A stretch of DNA of 64,000 nucleotides, from contig JAFTBN010000062.1 in the NCBI GenBank assembly GCA_017455185.1, positions 867 to 64,866 on the forward strand. The letters run 5' to 3'. This document shows, in pieces, positions 57,174 through 64,000 of this stretch. This stretch comes from Clostridia bacterium (GTDB taxonomy: Bacteria > Bacillota > Clostridia > Oscillospirales > CAG-272). The position numbers and the translations under genes were made by a program. The notes under the pieces are model-generated. The model saw only the letters and a program-made list of their open reading frames with translations. It made no database searches and was not told where the DNA came from. Within the stretch, counting starts at the first letter, position 1, and every line of letters starts with the position of its first letter.

Positions 57174-58829
57174 TTACGGTGTTTCTTCGGCCGGAGCGTC
57201 CGGATCGGGCTTTGCGGTCCGCTCTTTTCGTTTTTTGCATCGTTCGTACAGGCCTTCGATCCCGATGGCGGCCAGAGGAACCAGCATGACCATATAGGAA
57301 ATGGCATATTGCGATTTCGCTTCGGCCAGCAGATGGTACAACAAACCTCCCAATACAAAGAGCGGAACCGAGAAGGCGGAAAGGGGATATTGTTTTCTGC
57401 GCAGCAGCAGTCCGATGACTCCGACGCTTGCCAGCGTATAGAGCAGCTGCTGATAGCATTGCATAAAGCGGGTGGTCCGGTCCGCGTGCGTTACGCAAAG
57501 GGCGGTTGCCAGTTTGCCCATATCCCGGTAGTGGTCCCGTACCGTGACGTTCCAGATGCTTTGTCCCGTGGGTTCGTTCCACATGCTCTGCAGTTTGCGG
57601 GCAAAGAAATCCCGGCGCAGATCGGAATTCTTCCACAATTCGTCCAGCCGTTCCTTAATCTGTCCTTTGGCCGCGGCCGACGTTTTTTCCGCGTCGCAGT
57701 TGTTGTCGTAATAATTGCCCAGCGTGTATTCATAGGAATACCAGCCGGCTTCGGAACGTCCCTCGTGCAGACCCATATCGATCCAGCAGATCATGGGGAC
57801 GCCGCTTCCGTACTCGTTTCCGGTTCTTTTTTCGTAATGGCGCTGTGCAAGTCCGGGCAAAAGGATGGACAGGGAAAGAACCAGAGCAAGACAGAAAAAG
57901 GGAGGAAGAATCCTTTTTAATTTTTCTTTGGCCTTCCATTCCTGTGCGTGCAAAAGGATATCCCGTACCAGCGCAACGCCTCCCAGAAGAAGGATTGCGA
58001 CGATGAGAATGAGGTTGTTCTTCTTGAGCATGACCGCAAGACCTGCGCACAAAGCTCCGGCAAGGCCGGAAACCGGGTGACGGGAGCGGGCGAAGCGACA
58101 GAGCAGGGAAAGACAAAGGGCCGCAAAGCACAAACCGGGCAGATTTCCGTACAGGAAGGTGGAGAACAGAACGGGAGGAAGGCAGAACACAAACAGAACG
58201 CAGCAGCTCCGCGCGACGCTTTCCTTGCCGGTTACGGTGCGCACCCAGTCGACCAGCGCGCACTCTGCCACGCACAGACAGACCAGATTCACGATTTCCA
58301 GCGGCAGGTAATTGTCCTGCAGGTGGAACAGACGGATCCAGCCCTCGGACCAGAGCACATAGCCCAGCTGGAACGGGAAATTGGAGAAATAGGCCCGGTT
58401 CAGAAACGTGAAGTCGCCCCTTGAGGCCAGGTCGGCCGCCCTGGTTACGATCCAGGAGTCATGGGTCGGGGCGGATTGGGCGCTGAGCAAAAACTTGAGT
58501 CCGAACGAAAAGACCAAAAGAACCATGCCGGCCATATAGGCGGGCAGCGGGATTCTGACCTTGTTCATCCGGTTGAGATGGTGTACCAGCAGGCACAACA
58601 GGATCAGGATGGCGGTGACGCACAGACTGAACCAGAAGGAAGTCCGAACAAACAGGATCTGCTCGTCGTTTGAGTCTGTGATGACGCAGTCCGCCCTGAG
58701 CAAAAAGGAAGAAAGAGTCAGGAAAAGCAGAAAGAGAAGAAATCCGACGGAGATGACGACGGAGGCCGTGCTGTTCAGAAAAGAGCCGATGCGCCGGGCC
58801 CGGGTTTCCGGGTTGATTGAGTGATTCAT
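57174..58829 (-). CDS. Polytopic membrane protein, possibly a GT-C-fold (ArnT/PMT-like) glycosyltransferase
   Basis: 551 aa with at least 12 hydrophobic segments and no soluble domain. The family call rests on overall architecture only. Confidence 0.4.
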   Translation of the reverse strand: MNHSINPETRARRIGSFLNSTASVVISVGFLLFLLFLTLSSFLLRADCVITDSNDEQILFVRTSFWFSLCVTAILILLCLLVHHLNRMNKVRIPLPAYMAGMVLLVFSFGLKFLLSAQSAPTHDSWIVTRAADLASRGDFTFLNRAYFSNFPFQLGYVLWSEGWIRLFHLQDNYLPLEIVNLVCLCVAECALVDWVRTVTGKESVARSCCVLFVFCLPPVLFSTFLYGNLPGLCFAALCLSLLCRFARSRHPVSGLAGALCAGLAVMLKKNNLILIVAILLLGGVALVRDILLHAQEWKAKEKLKRILPPFFCLALVLSLSILLPGLAQRHYEKRTGNEYGSGVPMICWIDMGLHEGRSEAGWYSYEYTLGNYYDNNCDAEKTSAAAKGQIKERLDELWKNSDLRRDFFARKLQSMWNEPTGQSIWNVTVRDHYRDMGKLATALCVTHADRTTRFMQCYQQLLYTLASVGVIGLLLRRKQYPLSAFSVPLFVLGGLLYHLLAEAKSQYAISYMVMLVPLAAIGIEGLYERCKKRKERTAKPDPDAPAEETP

Positions 58830-58851
58830 AGTTCAGTCCTGTGAAAACCGT

Positions 58852-60171
58852 TCAATAGCTGGAAAGCCCCAGCCAGTTGGTTGCGACGTCCCGGATGGAC
58901 GGGACGGTGATCTTATCCGAAAAGACGATTTTGTCGAATTCCTTTTCGGTCAGCGTGGTGAACATCTGGGAGGTTACTTCGGAGGTAAAGCCGGAGAACC
59001 AGTTCGCGTTGCTTTCGTCGTTCCATGCGCCTTCCGTCAGTGGGTATTTCCGCAGGATGTGGAACCCGTCGTCGGATTCAATCAGGGTGACCTGTCCGGG
59101 TTCCATTCCGGCCAGTGCGGAGCCGATCCGGTTGAGCAGGTCATAACTGTAATCCGTGGACGTGTTGAGGAATGCGCCGTTATTTGCGTCGGCTTCGGAA
59201 TAGTTGTCGGAATAGGTCCGTGCGAGGGTTTCAAACGTTTCGGCGTCCGGTTCGTCCTGCGCTTTTTTGAGCAGCATTTCGGCCTCGCGGCGGATGTCCT
59301 CGATCTCCTGTTCGGTGTAGTGGACGACGTCAACCTCGGAATCGCCGTCCTCGTCCAGCATGTTCCGGGTGCCGTTGACTGTGTCATAGGCAATGGTCAG
59401 GTCGTCTTCCATGTAGTAGATCGGATCTCCGTTTACGTCAACGAAGGTGTTTCCGTTGGAATCCGTGCGGGTGTGCCCGTTTTCGGTGTCATAGCAGATT
59501 TTGGAGAAGGAGTCGTCCGTATAGTAGATGTCGTTCCCCAGTTTGTCGGTTTCGCAGACATAATAGAATTTTGCCAGGGCAATCTGCTTGAAGCAGACGT
59601 AATGCTCGCCGAAGTACTCCTCCTTGACCGTATCCGAAATCAGATAGTACAGATAGTTCTGCAGGGCGGACACCTTCTTTTCAATGATATAGAAGGCGCG
59701 GAGAATGTCCAGGTTGACTCCGTAAGAGGACAGAATCTGGTTCATGGTGTTTCTGGAACCCTGCGCGTCGGCTTCAATCAGGTCGTTGATCTGCCGGTCC
59801 ACTTCTTCCAGGTCCGCGTCGTCCAGTTTCAGTTTGTAGGTTTCTTCAAACAGGTAGTAGGCGGCCAGATAGGTTTTGCATTGCGAAAGAACCTGGTAGT
59901 TGAAATAGTCCGCATAGGTTGCGCCGGCCGAACTCCAGACGGTATCCCAGAAAGTCGGGGAGTCCACGCTGTACCCGCGGGCATACAGCTGTCCCCGCAT
60001 GCGGGTCAGCATCAGGGTATACATGTTCTCGCTCAGGGATTCGTTCCCCAGGGTCATGTAGGCCTTTCCCGTTTTGGGCTTTCCGCAGGATGAAAAAACA
60101 GGCAGGAACAGAAGCAGGGCGAGAAGCAGGCACAGGAACCGAACGTTTGAGAAAGGTTTGGTTTTGTTCAT
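58852..60171 (-). CDS. PrsA/SurA-like lipoprotein (putative foldase/parvulin-type PPIase)
   Basis: The signal peptide has a lipobox (LLLFLPVFSSC). The C-terminus has a parvulin-like DDGFHILRKYPL. Its position directly downstream of mfd is common in Clostridia. Confidence 0.5.
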   Translation of the reverse strand: MNKTKPFSNVRFLCLLLALLLFLPVFSSCGKPKTGKAYMTLGNESLSENMYTLMLTRMRGQLYARGYSVDSPTFWDTVWSSAGATYADYFNYQVLSQCKTYLAAYYLFEETYKLKLDDADLEEVDRQINDLIEADAQGSRNTMNQILSSYGVNLDILRAFYIIEKKVSALQNYLYYLISDTVKEEYFGEHYVCFKQIALAKFYYVCETDKLGNDIYYTDDSFSKICYDTENGHTRTDSNGNTFVDVNGDPIYYMEDDLTIAYDTVNGTRNMLDEDGDSEVDVVHYTEQEIEDIRREAEMLLKKAQDEPDAETFETLARTYSDNYSEADANNGAFLNTSTDYSYDLLNRIGSALAGMEPGQVTLIESDDGFHILRKYPLTEGAWNDESNANWFSGFTSEVTSQMFTTLTEKEFDKIVFSDKITVPSIRDVATNWLGLSSY

Positions 60172-60182
60172 GGGTTCTCCTT

Positions 60183-63100
60183 TCAGCCGGACTTGGCGTC
60201 AGAGGCCGGGGCTTGTAAATAGGCATTGAGGACAGGCATCAGGGCGGAAAACGGATTTTCCTGTTTCCCCATGCGCAGGGTCAGGTAAAGTTGGCCTCCC
60301 ATGGTCAGCTTCAGCCGGCCCTGGGTCGCGTCGGAGGTCTCCATCCATCGCTTCGGGTCGAATTTGCCCGGGATGAGTTTGAAGCCGGCGGGAGTCTGCT
60401 GGACTGCCTGCAAGCCGCATCGGGCGGCGGTTGCGCGGAGCAGCGCGACATGCAGCAAATTGATGGTGGCCTTTGGCGGGTCTCCGTAGCGGTCCACCAA
60501 CTCGTCCAGGATGTCGTTTTCGTCTTCCGGCGTACGGATGGTGGAGATTTTTTTGTACATGGCCATCCGCTGAGTGGGAAAGGGAATGTAGTTCTCCGGG
60601 AGAAGGGCGTCGCACTGGACGGAAACCTGGCAGTCTTCCTCTTCCTTGACGGCCAGACCCTGTTCCTCAAGAACGGCCTGATTGAGCAGTTTGATGAAAA
60701 GATCGTATCCGATGGCGGCCAGATGTCCGTGCTGTTCCGCTCCGAGCAGGTTTCCTGCGCCCCGCAGTTCCAGGTCCCGGATGGCAATCCGGAATCCGGC
60801 TCCGAATTCGGCGTAATCCCGGATGGCGGCAAGCCGTTTCTCCGCGATTTCGGGCAGGGCCCGGTTGCGGGGATAGGTGAAATAGGCATAGGCCCTGCGG
60901 GAGGACCGGCCGATCCGCCCTCTTAGCTGGTGCAATTGCGAAAGGCCGAGCCGGTAGGCATTGTCGACAATGAGCGTGTTGGCATTGGGAATGTCGATTC
61001 CGGTCTCAATGATGGTCGTGCAGACCAGAATGTCAATCCGGCCCTGAATCATATCGGCCCAGATCTGCTCCAACTGCATTTTGTCCATCCGCCCGTGAGC
61101 GACCCGGATGGTCTTGTCCGGCAGAAGTTCCGCCAGACGCGCGCCGACCGTGTCAATGGTATAGATGTCGTTGTGAAGCCAGAAAATCTGACCGCCCCGT
61201 CTGAGTTCGCGCTGCAGAGCGTCCATGATGACTGCTTCGTTTTCTTCCATTACGTAGGTCTGAACCGGCACCCGGTCGCCGGGAGCCTCGTCCAGGATGG
61301 AAATGTCCCGGATGCCGCCCATGGCCATGTTCAGGGTGCGGGGAATCGGGGTCGCGGTCAGCGTCAGAACGTCCACGTTCTGCGCTACCTGCTTGATGCG
61401 CTCTTTCTGCGCAACGCCGAAACGCTGCTCCTCGTCGATGATCAACAGTCCGAGATCGCGGAATTCCACGTCGCGGGACAACAGGCGGTGGGTTCCGATG
61501 ATGATGTCCAGGTCGCCCCGCTTCAGGGCGCGCAAAGTCGCCTGAATCTGATTGGAGGAGCGGAAACGGGATACCATGTCGATGTTGACCCCGAAGGACC
61601 GCATCCGGGCGTTGGCGGTTTGCAGATGCTGCAATGCCAGGATGGTCGTGGGAACCAGGATGGCGACCTGCTTGCCCGCCAGGACGGCTTTGAAAGCAGC
61701 CCGCAGCGCGACTTCGGTTTTGCCGAAGCCCACGTCTCCGCAAAGGAGCCGGTCCATGGGGACAGGCTTCATCATGTCTTCCTTGATGTCCTCAATGGCC
61801 ATGAGCTGGCCGTTGGTTTCCTGGTATTCAAACGACGCTTCGAAGTCCCTCTGGTAGTCGTCGTCGGGAGGAAAGGCGAATCCCGGTCTGCGGATCCGCT
61901 GGGCATACAGCTGAATCAGTTCCTTGGCCATGATCTGGACCGAGGCTTTGGCTTTGGCCTTCATCCGGCCCCAGTTGTCCCCGCCAAGACTTGCCAGTTT
62001 GACGCTGTCGCCCGCCGCGTCTGAGCCGATGTATTTGGAAATGGTGTCGAAACGTTCAACCGAAACGCTGAGTTTTCCGGACCCTGCGTACTGAATCTCC
62101 AGGTAATCCTTGGTGACTCCGTTAATGGTCAGGGTGGAAATCCCGAGGTAGCGCCCGATTCCGTGCCGTTCGTGTACGACAAGGTCTCCGGGCTGCAGCT
62201 CGGCATAGGAAAGGATGGACTGGGTTCCGGGCTGCTTTTTTCTGCGCGTCGGCTGAATGCGGTGAGCCTGGGAAAGGGAACCGGTTCTAGCGTCCGGGTA
62301 GGTGGTCAGGACGGTATAGCCGCCTCCGATCAGTTCATAGCCGAAAAGATAGTTTTGCCAGAACAGGAGCACCCTGGAGCCGGACAGCGTGTCGGATTCG
62401 CTCCGGGCAACCGAACTCTTGATTCCGTGCTCGTCGAAAACCTGGCGCAGATTGTTCGCTTCCGCTTCGTTCTCCACGATGAGGGCAATCTTGTACCGGT
62501 TTTTCTGGTAGTGGGCCAGATCCTCCAGCAGCAGATCCATCCGTTCCGCGTAAGAAGGGGTCTGACGGGTGCGGAACCCGTGAACCGATTCGAATCTTTC
62601 GCCCGGATTGTGGGAGGTCAGATTGTCCAGATACAGGCAGGAATGTTCCTTTCCGTATTCCATCAGCCGGGTCGAGGACTTTGCGTATACGGCGATGCGG
62701 GGGGAAATCGTGCCTCCGTTGACCAGTTCGGTGACCCGGTCGGCCAGATCCGCCTCGTCCTTGCGGCACTTGTCTTTGAGCGCCGCCGTGTTCTTGTAAA
62801 AGAAAAGAGTGTGGGAAGGGAAATAATCGAACAGGGTGGTCTGTTCCGGGTAGACCAGAGAGATATACTTGTCCAGCAGGGAGGTTTCCTTTCCTGACTT
62901 GGCGTCCTGCAGGGAAGCGTGTTCTTCCTGCAAAATCTCCTCCGCCTCCTCGGACCGGCAGCTGCGCTTCCGGCTGTCCACGGCAGCGAGAATCGCGTCC
63001 AGTTCCTTTTCGCCTGCCAGCATTTCGCGGGCGGGGGGAAGGACGGCGCTTTGAAGCGTCAGGGTCAGGCGTTGGGATTCGTTGTCAAACAGCCCGAGGC

Positions 63101-63764
63101 GGTCGATTTCGTCTCCGAAGAATTCTATGCGGATCGGCTGGTTGCTGTCCAGCTTTTTCCCGTCGGTGTCCGTGTACTGCCCGAAGGGAGGAAAGATGTC
63201 CACGATGCCTCCTCGGGAAGCAAACTGCCCCGGGTTGTCGACCATTTCCACCCGGGCATAGCCCGCGCTTACCAAATGGTTCATCAGGTCGGCTTTGTCC
63301 AGTTGTTCCTCCAGCGAAATCTGCAGAATTCCGGCGCGAAGACGGGCCGGAGGAATGAGAAAGGAGAGCGCGACAAAGGGTGTGCTCACAACGACGTCAA
63401 AAGAACGGAACAGAATACCCGACAGGGTTTTCAGCCGTTCGATTTCGGGTTCGTGCGAAGAATGCAAATGAAAGAAATTCAGATCTCTTCCGGTGAAGAA
63501 GGATGCCCGAAAACCGAATCGCTCCAGCAGATTGACCGTGCGAAGGCATTCCTTTTCCTCGGGGCAGAGAATCAGAGCCGGCCCGTTCAGAAAGGGCTTC
63601 AGATCTTCCAGTACCGAGAGAATGACGGCGTCTTCGGCTCCCGTGCAAAGACCTGTGGCAAGCACGGGAAAAGGGACCCTGTCGGACAGGGTCTTTTTGA
63701 TGGAAGCGAGCATCTGCTCGTATTCAAGAGAGGAGCGGACCGCTCCCGAAATGGCTGTGGACAT
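60183..63764 (-). CDS. mfd: Transcription-repair coupling factor
   Basis: 1193 aa. Contains the RNAP-interacting KOW-like GDLVVHERHGIGRY, the SF2 helicase motifs (GDVGFGKTEVA, DEEQRFG, TATPIPRT, QLRGRIGRS) and a TRG motif region. Confidence 0.95.
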   Translation of the reverse strand: MSTAISGAVRSSLEYEQMLASIKKTLSDRVPFPVLATGLCTGAEDAVILSVLEDLKPFLNGPALILCPEEKECLRTVNLLERFGFRASFFTGRDLNFFHLHSSHEPEIERLKTLSGILFRSFDVVVSTPFVALSFLIPPARLRAGILQISLEEQLDKADLMNHLVSAGYARVEMVDNPGQFASRGGIVDIFPPFGQYTDTDGKKLDSNQPIRIEFFGDEIDRLGLFDNESQRLTLTLQSAVLPPAREMLAGEKELDAILAAVDSRKRSCRSEEAEEILQEEHASLQDAKSGKETSLLDKYISLVYPEQTTLFDYFPSHTLFFYKNTAALKDKCRKDEADLADRVTELVNGGTISPRIAVYAKSSTRLMEYGKEHSCLYLDNLTSHNPGERFESVHGFRTRQTPSYAERMDLLLEDLAHYQKNRYKIALIVENEAEANNLRQVFDEHGIKSSVARSESDTLSGSRVLLFWQNYLFGYELIGGGYTVLTTYPDARTGSLSQAHRIQPTRRKKQPGTQSILSYAELQPGDLVVHERHGIGRYLGISTLTINGVTKDYLEIQYAGSGKLSVSVERFDTISKYIGSDAAGDSVKLASLGGDNWGRMKAKAKASVQIMAKELIQLYAQRIRRPGFAFPPDDDYQRDFEASFEYQETNGQLMAIEDIKEDMMKPVPMDRLLCGDVGFGKTEVALRAAFKAVLAGKQVAILVPTTILALQHLQTANARMRSFGVNIDMVSRFRSSNQIQATLRALKRGDLDIIIGTHRLLSRDVEFRDLGLLIIDEEQRFGVAQKERIKQVAQNVDVLTLTATPIPRTLNMAMGGIRDISILDEAPGDRVPVQTYVMEENEAVIMDALQRELRRGGQIFWLHNDIYTIDTVGARLAELLPDKTIRVAHGRMDKMQLEQIWADMIQGRIDILVCTTIIETGIDIPNANTLIVDNAYRLGLSQLHQLRGRIGRSSRRAYAYFTYPRNRALPEIAEKRLAAIRDYAEFGAGFRIAIRDLELRGAGNLLGAEQHGHLAAIGYDLFIKLLNQAVLEEQGLAVKEEEDCQVSVQCDALLPENYIPFPTQRMAMYKKISTIRTPEDENDILDELVDRYGDPPKATINLLHVALLRATAARCGLQAVQQTPAGFKLIPGKFDPKRWMETSDATQGRLKLTMGGQLYLTLRMGKQENPFSALMPVLNAYLQAPASDAKSG

Positions 63765-63765
63765 A

Positions 63766-64000
63766 TTACACCTGGATTCCGTTGCATTCCTGCATGGCGG
63801 TTTCTATCTGAGAATCAAGAATGAGGGAAACGGCCCGGTCGAGCGGAGCGGTCAGCTTTTGCAGCCGTTCCAGTTCTCCTGCCGTGTAGTGGGACAAGAC
63901 CCAGTCTTTCAAATCGTAATCCGGATTGGGCTTTTCTCCGATTCCGATGCGGATGCGGGGAAACCGGTCGGAATCCAGACGGTTGATGATGCTGCGCAGG
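63766..64000 (-). CDS. pth: Peptidyl-tRNA hydrolase, 3' end only (5' end beyond the window)
   Basis: Hand translation of the minus strand gives ...LRSIINRLDSDRFPRIRIGIGEKPNPDYDLKDWVLSHYTAGELERL...NGIQV*. This matches the Pth C-terminal consensus (F.R.RIGIG.P....dyVL). The stop lies 1 nt before the mfd ATG. This ORF is not in the supplied track because no start codon falls within the window. Confidence 0.85.
   Translation of the reverse strand, partial: LRSIINRLDSDRFPRIRIGIGEKPNPDYDLKDWVLSHYTAGELERLQKLTAPLDRAVSLILDSQIETAMQECNGIQV

Noticed and set aside
1-64000. tRNA, rRNA, tmRNA, CRISPR arrays, intact IS elements, integrase or prophage genes
   Set aside because: I scanned intergenic regions larger than 100 nt by eye and found no cloverleaf-like T-arm strings, no spaced direct-repeat arrays and no integrase or transposase ORF. 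The only mobility-like traces are at 7080-7368.

Overview
This 64-kb window looks like part of a GC-rich Firmicutes/Clostridia-type chromosome. That is an inference from gene content: CoaW-type pantothenate kinase, OhrR, the str-operon order rpsL-rpsG-fusA-tuf, and pth-mfd-PrsA-like. From about 7.4 kb to 64 kb it is densely packed with mostly housekeeping genes: fumC, malic enzyme, coaW, alaS, cyclophilin, rpsT, rpoB-rpoC, rpsL-rpsG-fusA-tuf, an FMN riboswitch with a RibU-like transporter, metK, recD2, an mreB-like gene, pepD, rlmB, a TIGR03960/TIGR03936-type radical-SAM pair, GNAT, an SH3 lipoprotein, mrp/apbC, fba, acyl-ACP thioesterase, ABC-F, an OhrR-controlled peroxide-stress operon, a membrane GT-C-like protein, a PrsA-like lipoprotein, mfd and the 3' end of pth. 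Four regions stand out. (1) Bases 1-6980 hold one uninterrupted, 5'-truncated ORF of more than 2310 aa. It is strongly AT-rich against a GC-rich background and encodes GLUG-like/beta-solenoid repeat modules plus a C-terminal region of about 900 aa that I cannot assign. It is followed by a hairpin terminator, an orphan ORF and a 49-bp perfect palindrome flanked by 13-bp direct repeats. This is either a recently acquired island or an assembly chimera. (2) A minus-strand operon (48.9-54.5 kb) encodes a glycyl-radical enzyme (GRE) activase, a short (728 aa) atypical GRE with a Cys-rich active-site loop, a leaderless GH28-like beta-helix protein and a TIM-barrel sugar-phosphate isomerase/epimerase. 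The GRE's substrate is unassigned. (3) A 1095-aa protein (36.9-40.2 kb) combines a ~470-aa acidic, tandem-repeat N-terminus with a membrane core that reads like a P1B-type ATPase in which every catalytic motif has been lost. (4) A gpx / TrxR-like / trxA / ohrR operon carries a near-consensus OhrR operator, and its TrxR-like protein lacks the NADPH-binding motifs. I found no tRNA, rRNA, CRISPR array or intact mobile element. The many long antisense ORFs in the track are GC-content artefacts.
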